Part shown: positions 40,282 to 51,026 of the stretch, piece by piece
Position numbering within the stretch: the first letter of the stretch is position 1
How the letters are laid out: each line of letters begins with the position of its first letter
Source of the DNA: Candidatus Poribacteria bacterium
Lineage (GTDB): Bacteria; Poribacteria; WGA-4E; PCPOR2b
Direction of reading: 5' to 3'
Length of the DNA stretch: 64,000 bases
NCBI GenBank assembly: GCA_965218095.1
Contig: OZ244587.1
Span: 256,001 to 320,000, forward strand
Notes under the pieces: model-generated
Databases searched by the model: none
What the model was told of the DNA's origin: nothing
What the model saw: the letters and a program-made list of their open reading frames with translations, nothing else
Made by a program: the position numbers and the translations under genes

Positions 40282-41845
40282 CTGGATACTCGCCGGGTTA
40301 TCCGGTGTCCTACTCACCCTTAGCTTTCCGAGTTTCAACCTCTTTCCGCTTGCGTGGATCGGTCTAATTCCCCTGCTGATTGCCCTCAAATCCGCTTCGA
40401 GTTGGAAATCTGCTTTTTGGCACGGCTATGTCACCGGGGTGGTCTTTTTCTTCGGATTGGTTTACTGGATTATCCTGCTTTATCCCTTCGCGAACATCTT
40501 CGTAACAACACTCGGCTGTGTGCTGTTGGTCGGCTATCTCGCAGTTTACATCGGCGTTTTTTCTGCACTGCTATATCAACTTCCGTGGAAATCTGGTCTG
40601 TCTTTCATCTTCATAGTGCCTGCAATCTGGACGGGGTTAGAGTGGGTGCGAAGCTGGATGTTGACCGGCTTTCCGTGGGGGAGTATGGGATATTCTCAAT
40701 GGAACAATCTGCCAGCGATTCAGGTCGCGTCGATCGCCGGTGTGCATGGCGTGAGCTTCGTTGTTGTTCTCTTCAACGCAGCAATTGCTGATTTCATCCG
40801 CACTTATCCCGCTTGGAAACGCCAACAGACTGCAACACCCCTGCGCTTTGTGATGACTGAAAAACGTGGCATTATCATACCGATTGCCATTGTTATTGCT
40901 TCCTTTGTTTATGGTGTGTCTTCCCTGTCTAATCCCGTTGATACAACCACAAATATTAAGATTGCCCTCGTGCCCGGTAATGTACCGCAGCTTGAAAAGT
41001 GGAATCCCAAAAATCTCTCCTCAATCTTCAAGCGGTATGTCAAGCTGATCGAGAAAGCAGACGCTGCCGAGCCAGATCTAATCATCTTGCCTGAAACCGC
41101 TATCCCCGGCGCAATCTTTTCCGGCGGACAAAATCGATACCGTCGAAAGCTAGAACAACTGTTAAAAGATCAGCAAATCTACCTGCTGACGGGTATTCCA
41201 CACCTTACGCCTGACGAGAAAATATACAATAGAGTGTTTCTGCTGTCCCCGGCCGGCAAACAACTCGGAAGCTATTCCAAAATGCACCTTGTCCCTTTCG
41301 GGGAATATGTGCCTGTGCCGTCGTGGTTGAGTCGCTATCTCCCAAACCTGATCCAATTTGCGCCATACGAACCGGGCAAGTCAATAGATCTTTTTCCCGT
41401 CCCGTCCACTGAAAACGCGCAGATGGGTATTGCAATCTGTTTTGAATCCTCATTTCCGGATCTTTTCCGCAAATTTGTCAAAAAAGGGGCAAACGTGATG
41501 GGGATTCTGACAAACGATGCCTGGTACGAGGGAACGACGGCACCAGAGCAGCACCTTGCTATGGCGCCATTCCGTGCCGTCGAGAATCACGTGGCGGTTT
41601 TCCGTTGCGCCAACGGCGGCATATCGTGTATAATTGATGCGCTCGGCAGGACAATCACGACGCCGATTCCACCCAGTGATACTCAGGGTTTTCTCATTGA
41701 GAACCTCCCGTTAAACAGTCGGGGCAAAACGGTTTACACGCGCTATGGTGACTGGTTTCCGATTCTCTGTTTTCTCGTGAGTGTCCTTCTGGTCCTTTAC
41801 TATCATCGGATCTGGTTTATCTCAAAGTTCAAACGCGGTTCGTAA
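40262..41845 (+). CDS. lnt: Apolipoprotein N-acyltransferase
   Basis: TGFPWG, LPETA, YSKMHLVPFGEYVP, ICFES, TNDAW, RAVE, ANGGIS, YTRYGDW. Confidence 0.95.
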   Translation: MKSCPNSWILAGLSGVLLTLSFPSFNLFPLAWIGLIPLLIALKSASSWKSAFWHGYVTGVVFFFGLVYWIILLYPFANIFVTTLGCVLLVGYLAVYIGVFSALLYQLPWKSGLSFIFIVPAIWTGLEWVRSWMLTGFPWGSMGYSQWNNLPAIQVASIAGVHGVSFVVVLFNAAIADFIRTYPAWKRQQTATPLRFVMTEKRGIIIPIAIVIASFVYGVSSLSNPVDTTTNIKIALVPGNVPQLEKWNPKNLSSIFKRYVKLIEKADAAEPDLIILPETAIPGAIFSGGQNRYRRKLEQLLKDQQIYLLTGIPHLTPDEKIYNRVFLLSPAGKQLGSYSKMHLVPFGEYVPVPSWLSRYLPNLIQFAPYEPGKSIDLFPVPSTENAQMGIAICFESSFPDLFRKFVKKGANVMGILTNDAWYEGTTAPEQHLAMAPFRAVENHVAVFRCANGGISCIIDALGRTITTPIPPSDTQGFLIENLPLNSRGKTVYTRYGDWFPILCFLVSVLLVLYYHRIWFISKFKRGS

Positions 41846-41880
41846 AGGATCAGACCACAAGTCAAGGGACATGTATTACT

Positions 41881-42034
41881 TTGACTTTGTTACATTTGGG
41901 CGTAGAGCCTGCTGCTAGCTGGTTCATGAAGTTGACCTTGAAAGGATGGAACAGGCTCCGAAGGATCGGGATTCTCGGAACGGAACTTGGCAGCCCGCTC
42001 TACTTCGATTCTAGCTATAATCTAACAAAGTCAA
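41881..42034. repeat. Nested inverted-repeat element upstream of recA
   Basis: TTGACTTTGTTA / TAACAAAGTCAA outer pair; GTAGAGC (41902) / GCTCTAC (41997) inner pair. Confidence 0.65.
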
Positions 42035-42111
42035 GTTACTTTACTCTTTGGAACACATGATTACGCTTCAAGTAGTTCAAAACTGAAACATATTATACAA
42101 GGAGATTTAAC

Positions 42112-43170
42112 ATGGCAAAAGACGAAAAGGACAAAGCAATAGATCTCGCGATTTCGCAAATAGAACGGCAGCACGGTAAAGGCGCGATCATGCGTTTTAG
42201 CAGTGACGATATCTTGCCAGTTGAAGTGATTCCAACAGGCTCGCTCGCACTCGACATTGCGCTTGGCGTTGGCGGTGTTCCTCGTGGTCGGATCATTGAG
42301 ATCTTCGGTCATGAATCCAGCGGCAAAACCACGCTCGCTTTACATGTCATTGCTGAAGCTCAGAGGATGGGAGGCACAGCGGCGTTTGTCGATGTTGAGC
42401 ATGCGCTTGATCCGATGTACGCCAAACAGATTGGAGTGAACATGGAAAGCTTGCTTATCTCTCAACCCGATACCGGCGAGCAGGCGTTAGAAATTGTTGA
42501 AACCTTAATTCGCAGCGGGGCGATCGACGTTGTTGTAATTGACTCTGTGGCGGCACTGACGCCCCAGGCAGAAATTGAGGGGGAAATGGGCGATGTCCAT
42601 GTGGGGTTATTGCCTCGTTTGATGTCTAAAGCCTTGCGAAAGCTTTCTGGAGTTGCAAGCAAATCGAAGGCATGCATCATTTTCACGAATCAGATTCGCC
42701 AAAAGATTGGCGTTATGTTTGGCAACCCAGAAACGACGCCTGGCGGACTTGCGCTCAAATTTCATGCTTCGGTGCGACTTGAGACTCGACGGGCTGAAAC
42801 CCTCAAGGTTGGGGACGAGATGGTCGGAAACCGTGTCCGTGTCAAGGTTGCCAAGAACAAGGTGGCGCCTCCCTTTACGCAAGCTGAATTTGAAATGACC
42901 TTCGGAGAGGGAATCTCCAAGATTGGAGATCTACTTGACGTGGCAACGAATCAGGAAATCATACAGAAAAGCGGAGCCTGGTTCTCCTATAACAGTGAAC
43001 GTCTCGGACAGGGCAGAAATAACGCGAAAGAATATCTGATCCAGCACCCGGAGGCTGCTGTTGAAATCGAAGCCAAAATCCGCGAGAATCTTGGCATTTA
43101 TGCCCAATCTGCTCCCGCATCGATTCTCGGTGTTGATGACGACGCTTCTGATGAAGGATCGGATGCGTAG
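42112..43170 (+). CDS. recA: Recombinase A
   Basis: [43 protein letters not shown]. Confidence 0.99.
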   Translation: MAKDEKDKAIDLAISQIERQHGKGAIMRFSSDDILPVEVIPTGSLALDIALGVGGVPRGRIIEIFGHESSGKTTLALHVIAEAQRMGGTAAFVDVEHALDPMYAKQIGVNMESLLISQPDTGEQALEIVETLIRSGAIDVVVIDSVAALTPQAEIEGEMGDVHVGLLPRLMSKALRKLSGVASKSKACIIFTNQIRQKIGVMFGNPETTPGGLALKFHASVRLETRRAETLKVGDEMVGNRVRVKVAKNKVAPPFTQAEFEMTFGEGISKIGDLLDVATNQEIIQKSGAWFSYNSERLGQGRNNAKEYLIQHPEAAVEIEAKIRENLGIYAQSAPASILGVDDDASDEGSDA

Positions 43171-43283
43171 ATGAGGGAAGTTAAGAAGATCGGAAATTGG
43201 GAGATCAAAAGATCAGGAATTAATCTCCATGAATTTCCTTTCCTTTTCTCATCTATCCTTCTGTAAAATGAGGAGACCCCTCA

Positions 43284-44135
43284 ATGAAACTCAGTTGCTG
43301 CGCGGGACTTGCGTCCTTCGTTCCTCCAACGGTCGATGCCAGACAGTTAGATACGAGCACAATTTACAGATCCAAACTTGAGAAAGCACCCGCTGTGCTT
43401 AAAACTTTGTTAGATGCTGGATGCGATTTTTTTGAGTTCGGCGTAGGTATGCTATGTCCCGAAGCCCCGATATCGCTCTTCGAGGGATTCAAAGAAGTGG
43501 TAAACAATTACCCACTTCGAGCAGAATGCTTTAATAGTTTCATCCCTGCCGACTTAAAGATTACCGGACCCCGTGTTGACAATGCGCGGCTGACCAACTA
43601 CATCGCCCAAGCGACACAACGCGTGGCCGAACTTGGCGGGGAGGTCATTGTGTTCGGCAGCGGCGGTGCACGTAGCGTGCCAGAAGGGTTTTCACGTCAT
43701 CGAGCGCGTGCGCAGATCCTTGAGTTTTTGGCTATCGGAGCGGAGCATGCGCGGAAACATGGCATCGTAATTGCCATCGAACCCCTGAACCGCTTGGAGA
43801 CAAACCTGATTAATAGCATTGCCGAAGCCGTGCAGTATGCTGATGAAATTGCGCGACCGGAAATCAAGGTGCTTGTCGATTTTTATCACTTGATGGTTGA
43901 AGGGGAGCCTTTTGATCAGATTGTCAACGCTGGAGAGCGGGTTGCTCATGTGCATGTAGCGGATACCGATCGGCTCTATCCGGGCAGCGGCAAATACGAT
44001 TATCAGGGCTTTGTGCGAAGCCTCGCTGATGCTGGATATGACGAGCGGCTTTCTGTTGAGTGCAACTTTAGAGATTTTGATCGGGAAGTGCCTCAATCGA
44101 TCCGTTTTCTGCGGGATGTGTTCGACGCAGGTTGA
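43284..44135 (+). CDS. Sugar phosphate isomerase/epimerase (xylose-isomerase-like TIM barrel)
   Basis: IEPLNRLE, DFYH, HVHVAD, PGSG, SVE. Confidence 0.9.
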   Translation: MKLSCCAGLASFVPPTVDARQLDTSTIYRSKLEKAPAVLKTLLDAGCDFFEFGVGMLCPEAPISLFEGFKEVVNNYPLRAECFNSFIPADLKITGPRVDNARLTNYIAQATQRVAELGGEVIVFGSGGARSVPEGFSRHRARAQILEFLAIGAEHARKHGIVIAIEPLNRLETNLINSIAEAVQYADEIARPEIKVLVDFYHLMVEGEPFDQIVNAGERVAHVHVADTDRLYPGSGKYDYQGFVRSLADAGYDERLSVECNFRDFDREVPQSIRFLRDVFDAG

Positions 44136-44339
44136 GATGGCAAAAGGAGCTGCCACGCCCATCTTCCGCACGATCTGAAAGGGTTTGGCCGTACTTCCAT
44201 GATGTGCGTGTGAATTTCTGTTTTGCTCCCGTCCATTTGTCCCGATAGATCGGGATGCAAGCACTTGATTGCTTGATTGCAAATTTGCATAAACGCCTGT
44301 ATATACTGGTAAAAGCCCTGTAATTGTGGGATATTTTAC

Positions 44340-44368
44340 TTGACACGATTATAGTCCAATGCTATAAT
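44340..44368 (+). promoter_or_regulatory. Consensus sigma70 promoter
   Basis: TTGACA-17 nt-TATAAT with TG extension. Confidence 0.8.
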
Positions 44369-44452
44369 CTAAACTATTCTTGAGCAGTGAAGAGATGCTA
44401 GCCTCGTTGGGCAGTGACCTTCAACTATGACCATTTGGTTGCTACCAGGAAT

Positions 44453-45747
44453 ATGGTGATGTCTTTTCCAAGACGAATCATGACAATCTTTATGAGCATT
44501 AGCTGCATTACTCTGGCAGGTTGCTTTCTTAAAGTTCCTGTAAGTGAGCAAGAGGCAGCCGGTCGGCTTTATTTGAAGCCAATGAATTTACAAAACGATG
44601 AGGAGTACAATGAAGCCGCAACCGAGTTTAAGCAGTTCGTCGCGAAGTATCCCAAGAGTGATGATGTTGACAACGCTCAACTTCAGATTGGCAATAGCTA
44701 TCGCAACCAAAATGATTACGAAGCAGCAATTGAGGCGTATCGGCTGGTAGATCGCGATGGTGACGCAGTTGATGAGGCAACATTAGCAATTGGAGATGCT
44801 TATCTAATGTTAGGGCGTCAATCTGATGCGCTTGTGTCTTACCGTGAACTCGCCGACAAATATCCTTATTTCAACAATGATTTTGCCCACGCTGCTCAGG
44901 ATCGGATTGATACCCTCATACAACTTGATACACTCCACAAAGATTTAAAGACCCCTCCTTCAGCACATCAGATAGCAAAGCTTTACTTTAACATCGGTCA
45001 CTACGATACAGCCAGCCGCGAGTTTGAGAAGGTTTATATCGACTATCCTGACAGCGAACTCGCTGACGATGCCTTATGGATGCGAGGTGAATGTTATTGG
45101 CAGAAAGCACGACAAAAGCTAGTACCCTCCTTCCAAACACCTGAGCAGGAAGCCTTTATTCGGGTACAGCGGATCGCTATCCGCAACTTGCTGAACTTGA
45201 TCGATATGAGGTTGACGGCTATCCACACGCACCGGCTGGCAAACGTGGCGATCAATATGAGTTTTTCTACGCTGAAACACGTCGCTTATTGAATCGTTAC
45301 CCTGATTTGAAACGTTGGCGTTTAGAGGGTTTTTTGTCCCCGGATGATACAGCAGCGTTTGAGATATGGTCTGACCTGTTTTATAAATATCCCAATACGA
45401 ACATAAAAGAGGTTGCGCCGCAAAGAATAGCGGAACGTCTGATTCAATTGGGAAATATTTATCGCAATCTTTCAATGGACGACTTTGCAAGCCTTCTTTT
45501 CAAAAAATCACTGGAGGTTTTTCCAAAACCAGAAGCGCACATTGGGCTTACCCGCTATTACGCCGATGTGCATAGCGAAGTTCGCTGGACGTACTACCGC
45601 TCGCGCATTTTTCACCACTTTCAGCGGGCGGCATCAATGGTGACTCCTGGCAGTGAACTTGCCATAGAAATTAATCAGTTCAAGGTCTGGATGCACTATC
45701 GATTGCGAATTGAAGCTTTAGAAGCAAAATCCTATCGGAGGAAATAA
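44453..45747 (+). pseudogene. TPR/BamD-like lipoprotein, frameshift near 45172
   Basis: LAGC lipobox, YPKSDDVDNAQ, YPDSELADDAL; alternative frame DRYPQLAEL...RRLLNRYP continues into ORF 45289. Confidence 0.7.
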
Positions 45748-45795
45748 AGATAAATAATATCTTTACAAAATCTAGTATCGAGGTAAAGTGACGTT

Positions 45796-47616
45796 ATGGC
45801 AGCCATCAAAGAATCAGCCGGAAAAAAAGATTCGGGAGCTCCCTTTGAAGATATACGAGAGGGATCTGATTTATCCCCACGTTCATCGGAGCGGATCTCT
45901 TACGAAAGACAGATTCGTGAACTCCAGTTTACTATCGAATCTCTGGAAAGTGAAGTCGATAATTTGAGAAGGCAGTTAAACGCTGCCCCTTCCGACGATG
46001 TTGAAATTCGCCTCTATGAGATGACACGTGAGTTAATGCAAGCCCACCGTCGAAATCGGAAGTTGACCAGCACCCTTCAAGAAGCGAAAGAAAAACTGGA
46101 ACACTTGAAGGAAAAAGTTGAGCAGTTAAGTGCTCCTCCCAATAACTACGGCGTCTTTCTCCAATCAAATGATGATGGAACGGTTGATATCGACCTTTCT
46201 GGCAAAAGGTGGCGTGTCAACGTGGATCCGGAGATTAACATTGAGCAACTCCAAAAGGGTCAGGAGGTCATCGTCAATGGCGTAATGAACGTCGTGAGTG
46301 TGAGAGAATTCGAGCGGCAAGGTGACGTGGTTAAGGTCAAGGAGGTGCTTGATGATAACCGGGTGCTTATAAACCTGCGCGTAGATGAAGATCGGGTCGT
46401 GGAAGTCTCTGATCCGCTCAACGAGGAGGAACTTAAGTTTGGGGATAATGTGATGCTCAACCCGATCACCGGAATGATTATGGAGAAACTCCCCAAACTT
46501 GAAGTCGAAGATCTCCTCCTTGAGGAGGTGCCAAACATCAAGTATTCGGATATTGGTGGGTTAAATGATCAGATTGAAGCGATTCGTGATGCCATTGAAA
46601 CGCCCTATCTCTACCCCGATGAATACAAGGAATTTCAGTTAACGCCTCCGAAGGGCATCCTGCTCTATGGTCCGCCAGGCTGTGGAAAGACTTTGGTTGC
46701 CAGGGCGGTCGCCAATAATCTGGCAGCAAGGGTCCGGAAACAAACAGGTAGAGACGATGTGAAGAGTTATTTTATCAATATCAAGGGTCCAGAATTGCTC
46801 AATAAGTATGTCGGCGAAACGGAACGAAAGATTCGAGAGGTTTTCCAGAAAGCCAAGGACAAATCCAAGGAGGGTGTTCCGGTCATTATTTTCTTTGATG
46901 AGATGGACTCCCTTTTCCGATCCAGGGGCATAGGTATCTCGTCCGATATGGAGTCAACGGTGGTGCCGCAATTTCTCTCTGAGATCGATGGCGTTGAAGG
47001 GCTTAGGGATGTGGTTGTGATCGGCGCGAGCAACCGCCAAGATCTCCTGGATCCCGCCGTTTTACGCCCCGGTCGGTTAGACATCAAGATTAAAATTGAT
47101 CGCCCTGCGGAAGAAGGCGCAAAGGATATCTTCGCTATATATCTGACGCCGGACTTGCCAATCGCCCCCTCAGTGTTGAAAAAGTTTGATAACGACCGAG
47201 AAAAAGCGGTTCAAGATTTCATTAATCAGGCGATCGAGGAGATGTATGCAACTACCGATGGGAACAAATTCATCGAAGTGACTTACAACCGTGGGGAACA
47301 TGAGACTCTCTACTTCAAGGATTTTGTGAGCGGTGCAATGATTAAAAACATCGTTGACCGTGCCAAGAAAATGGCAATCAAACGGCTGATTGATTCTGAA
47401 AAGCAAGAGAAGGGAATTATCTTCGATGACCTCGATAAGGCGATCCGAGAAGAATATAAAGAGAATGAGGATCTGCCCAACACAACCAATCCTGACGATT
47501 GGGCGAAAATATCAGGGCGCAAAGGAGAAACAATCGTCAGCATCAAAGCGTTGAAGCACGAGCCAGACCGGAAAAAGAAGGATGTAAGAACCGTCAAAGG
47601 CGGCGCGTACCTTTAA
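45796..47616 (+). CDS. arc: Proteasome ATPase (ARC/Mpa)
   Basis: N-terminal coiled coil, PPNNYG, GPPGCGKT, FFDEMDS, DLPNTTNPDDWAKISG, C-terminal GAYL. Confidence 0.96.
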   Translation: MAAIKESAGKKDSGAPFEDIREGSDLSPRSSERISYERQIRELQFTIESLESEVDNLRRQLNAAPSDDVEIRLYEMTRELMQAHRRNRKLTSTLQEAKEKLEHLKEKVEQLSAPPNNYGVFLQSNDDGTVDIDLSGKRWRVNVDPEINIEQLQKGQEVIVNGVMNVVSVREFERQGDVVKVKEVLDDNRVLINLRVDEDRVVEVSDPLNEEELKFGDNVMLNPITGMIMEKLPKLEVEDLLLEEVPNIKYSDIGGLNDQIEAIRDAIETPYLYPDEYKEFQLTPPKGILLYGPPGCGKTLVARAVANNLAARVRKQTGRDDVKSYFINIKGPELLNKYVGETERKIREVFQKAKDKSKEGVPVIIFFDEMDSLFRSRGIGISSDMESTVVPQFLSEIDGVEGLRDVVVIGASNRQDLLDPAVLRPGRLDIKIKIDRPAEEGAKDIFAIYLTPDLPIAPSVLKKFDNDREKAVQDFINQAIEEMYATTDGNKFIEVTYNRGEHETLYFKDFVSGAMIKNIVDRAKKMAIKRLIDSEKQEKGIIFDDLDKAIREEYKENEDLPNTTNPDDWAKISGRKGETIVSIKALKHEPDRKKKDVRTVKGGAYL

Positions 47617-47629
47617 AATTGAATATGTT

Positions 47630-49120
47630 ATGACCACACCAACGATTATGGGGACCGAAACTGAATATGGAATTTCGGTCAAGAATGCACGAGACCAGGA
47701 CCCCGTCGCGGCCTCGACGCTTGTTGTAAATATTTATAAAGATCGCGGGATAAAGGGAATCACCTGGGACTATGATCAGGAGAGCCCCTTGATGGACGCA
47801 AGGGGGTTCATGTCCAACGGGGAGACTGACATTCCAGATCAGGAGAATAACAGTCTCATCAATGATGTCCTCATCAATGGTGGTCGATACTACGTTGATC
47901 ACGCTCACCCTGAATACTGTACGCCTGAATGCACAAATGCGCGGGATCTCGTCAAATATGAGAAAGCGGGGGAATTGATATTAGATTTGAGCCGCCTGGC
48001 TGCTGAAGAACTGTTACCTGCAAATCAGGAGATTATTATTTATAAGAATAACAGCGATTATAAAGGTCACAGCTACGGTTCCCATGAAAATTACCTGATG
48101 TCTCGAAGCGTCCCCTTCCAGGATATCGTTGATGGCTTAACCCCTTTCCTCGTTGCGCGACAGGTTATCACAGGCAGTGGTAAGATCGGCGCGGAAAACG
48201 GAGCGGAGGAAACAGACTATCAAATCTCTCAGCGTGCTGATTTTTTTGAAACTGAAGTTGGATTAAGCACCATGGTGGCGCGTCCAATAATCAATACACG
48301 GGATGAGCCCCATGCTGATGAAACGCTGTACCGTCGTTTGCACGTCATCGTCGGCGACTCCAACATGTCTGAGTGGTCCATCTATTTGAAGGTGGGCATC
48401 ACGTCGATTGCGCTGCAACTCATTGAACAGAATGTTGTTGGCGATCGGTTCAAACTTTCTGACCCCGTTGCAGCGATCAAATCGGTGTCACGCGATCTCT
48501 CCTGTAAAACACCTTTGGCGTTAGAAGATGGTCGCAAATGGACGCCGATTGAAGTTCAGCGTGCATATCTTGAGTTAGCCCACAAACATATTCCTTCAGC
48601 GGATTTGTCTGAGGTGGTGCGAGACGTGATGGCGAAGTGGGAATTTGTTCTCGACCGTCTCGAAGATGATCCGATGAGCCTGGATCGACATCTGGACTGG
48701 GTGATTAAGAAGAGACTGATTGATGCGTACTTGCGACGCCACGGTTTAAGCCAGTCAGATCGCCAGGTTCGGATGGTAGATCTGCAATATCACGACCTCC
48801 GTCCGAATAAAGGACTTTACGCGAGGTTGCTGAAAAATGGACGTATTGAGCGACTTCTCAACCAAGAGGAGATCATTCATGCGATTACGAATCCGCCCGT
48901 CGATACACGTGCCTATTTTCGTGGCATGTGTTTACAAAAGTTTCCCAACGAAATTCACAGTGCAAGCTGGAATTCAATGATTTTTTGTATGGATGATTCT
49001 TCGATAGATAAAATCTTAATGGATCGCCCGCACTTCGGTACTCGAGAGATTGTTGGCGATTTGTTGAAAGATTGTACGGCTGCAGAACTTGTTCAAGCGA
49101 TTCTTGCATCCAACAACTAG
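47630..49120 (+). CDS. dop: Pup deamidase/depupylase
   Basis: MGTETEYGI, NGGRYYVDHAHPEYCTPE, YKNNSD.KG.SYGSHENY, QISQRADFFE. Confidence 0.93.
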   Translation: MTTPTIMGTETEYGISVKNARDQDPVAASTLVVNIYKDRGIKGITWDYDQESPLMDARGFMSNGETDIPDQENNSLINDVLINGGRYYVDHAHPEYCTPECTNARDLVKYEKAGELILDLSRLAAEELLPANQEIIIYKNNSDYKGHSYGSHENYLMSRSVPFQDIVDGLTPFLVARQVITGSGKIGAENGAEETDYQISQRADFFETEVGLSTMVARPIINTRDEPHADETLYRRLHVIVGDSNMSEWSIYLKVGITSIALQLIEQNVVGDRFKLSDPVAAIKSVSRDLSCKTPLALEDGRKWTPIEVQRAYLELAHKHIPSADLSEVVRDVMAKWEFVLDRLEDDPMSLDRHLDWVIKKRLIDAYLRRHGLSQSDRQVRMVDLQYHDLRPNKGLYARLLKNGRIERLLNQEEIIHAITNPPVDTRAYFRGMCLQKFPNEIHSASWNSMIFCMDDSSIDKILMDRPHFGTREIVGDLLKDCTAAELVQAILASNN

Positions 49121-49135
49121 AAGGGGGGTAGAAAT

Positions 49136-49333
49136 ATGCCAGCCGAAAAGCAGCAGGAACAGAGAAACAAACGGACTCAGGATACTGAGGAGATTCAACC
49201 GAGCCAAGAAGTCATAGAGCAGGGCGAGGAGATTAAAGAAGATCTTGACCAGCTTCTCGATGAAATCGACGAAATCCTAGAAGAAGATTCAGAAGAATTT
49301 GTCGAAAATTACATTCAAAGAGGAGGAGAATAG
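49136..49333 (+). CDS. pup: Prokaryotic ubiquitin-like protein Pup (GGE end)
   Basis: DQLLDEIDEILEEDSEEFVENYIQRGGE; position in operon. Confidence 0.93.
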   Translation: MPAEKQQEQRNKRTQDTEEIQPSQEVIEQGEEIKEDLDQLLDEIDEILEEDSEEFVENYIQRGGE

Positions 49334-50196
49334 TGTTCTTTAACCCCTCCGATTATAGGATTTCCGATTTCCTTGACATCCTGAAACGTGAACGCCCGGA
49401 GCTCCTGTCAAGGTTTGGTATAGAGATGTTCCGTGCAACGCCTCTACCAGACGCACTTCCCACAAACTGGACAGGACAGCATGTTTCAAATAGGGGTTCA
49501 ATTAATCAAACCCTTACTCATGATAACCTGCTCGAGGGTACAACAATTTTAGCCGTGGTTTATAAAGATGGGGTTATTATTGCCGGAGACCGTCAGGCCA
49601 CAGTAGGATTTCAAGTGGGGGAACGGCGTATCCAGAAAGTTTATGAGGTGGATACCTATTCAGCTATTGCAATTGCTGGAGTCGCTGGACCATCCATGGA
49701 AATGGCGAAACTTTTTCAGGTTCAGGTTGAGTTTTATGAAAAAATAGAAGGCTCATCTTTAAGCCTGGAAGGCAAAGCCAATTATCTGTCAAGCATGGTG
49801 AAATCCAATTTACCTATGGCATTGCAAGGGTTGGTTGTCATCCCAATCTTTGCGGGGTATGATCCGAGACGGAAACGTGGAAGGATCTTCAAATACGATG
49901 CGGTAGGGGGGCAATATGAAGAGAGCAACTACTATGCCACGGGGTCCGGTGGTAAGGATGCGCAAGCTACGTTGAAAAAGTTGTATAGCTCCGATATGCC
50001 CCGCGATCAAATTTTGAAGATAACTGTCGAGGCGCTCTGGGATGCCGCCGATGAAGACTTGGCCACGGGAGGTCCTGATTTGATTCGGGAGATTTTTCCA
50101 TTGGTTAAGGCCATTGATCAGACGGGGATTTCAGATGTTCCAGATTCAGAAATCAAAGAACGCTACACCGAGCTGTTTGATAGGCTCCGTAATTGA
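49333..50196 (+). CDS. prcB: Proteasome beta subunit
   Basis: Propeptide then G|TTILA, AGDRQAT, SLEGKAN, ATGSGG, AADED.ATGG. Confidence 0.95.
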   Translation: MFFNPSDYRISDFLDILKRERPELLSRFGIEMFRATPLPDALPTNWTGQHVSNRGSINQTLTHDNLLEGTTILAVVYKDGVIIAGDRQATVGFQVGERRIQKVYEVDTYSAIAIAGVAGPSMEMAKLFQVQVEFYEKIEGSSLSLEGKANYLSSMVKSNLPMALQGLVVIPIFAGYDPRRKRGRIFKYDAVGGQYEESNYYATGSGGKDAQATLKKLYSSDMPRDQILKITVEALWDAADEDLATGGPDLIREIFPLVKAIDQTGISDVPDSEIKERYTELFDRLRN

Positions 50197-50315
50197 CAAT
50201 TGAACATTGACAATCGACAATTTTCAATTGTAACTGTTCAGACCTAGCTGAAACGAGCGCTGGTTGAATAGGCGAAGCCGTATCGAAACCAGGAAACCAA
50301 TCAAGGGAGGCGTGG

Positions 50316-51026
50316 ATGCCCGCACCATATTACGTTTCGCCAGAGCAAATCATGCAGGAGAAAGAGGATTTTGCTCGGAAGGGGATCGAAAAGGCGAAAG
50401 AGGTTATTGTTCTGGAATACCAGCATGGTATTGTGATGGTCGCGGAAAATCCCCTGGCGACGGTTTTCAAGATTTCAGAAATCTATGATCGCATCGCGAT
50501 CGCAGCTACAGGGCTCTATCCGGACTACGAAGCGTTACGATATGCCGGAATTCAGGCTGCCGAGGTCAAAGGATTTACGTTCAACCGCGAAGATGTCACG
50601 GCGAGATGGCTTGCGAATCAGTATTCACAGCAGATTGGCGCGATTTATCGGCAACCCGATGCAAAACCACTGGAGATCGAACTTCTCCTTTGCGAGCTCC
50701 GAGAGGATTCCTCATCAAATAACAGAATCTATCATCTTTCTTTCGATGGCACGTTTTGGGAAGACAATCAATATGCGGTCATCGGCGGGAGGGCAGATGA
50801 AATTGGGGGCATCCTCGAAGATGAGTATACTGGGGGTTTGGATCTGAATGGTGCTGTGAAACTCTCGGCGAAAACTTTTGAAGCTATCGAAGCGGAAGTA
50901 GACGGAGAAGATCGATACGAAATTACGGCGGATACGATAGAAGCAGCCGTACTTGATGAAACAAGGAATCGGCGCAAGTTCAGGCGTTTGCTTCCTGGCG
51001 AATTGAATGAGATTTTGAGTGCATGA
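50316..51026 (+). CDS. prcA: Proteasome alpha subunit
   Basis: PYYVSPEQIMQEKEDFARKGI, KISEIYDRI, KPLEIE. Confidence 0.95.
   Translation: MPAPYYVSPEQIMQEKEDFARKGIEKAKEVIVLEYQHGIVMVAENPLATVFKISEIYDRIAIAATGLYPDYEALRYAGIQAAEVKGFTFNREDVTARWLANQYSQQIGAIYRQPDAKPLEIELLLCELREDSSSNNRIYHLSFDGTFWEDNQYAVIGGRADEIGGILEDEYTGGLDLNGAVKLSAKTFEAIEAEVDGEDRYEITADTIEAAVLDETRNRRKFRRLLPGELNEILSA

Noticed and set aside
49136-49333. UBact instead of Pup
   Set aside because: LLDEIDxxLEExxEEFVxxYxQxGGE matches Pup, not the R(T/S)G(E/Q) UBact end.
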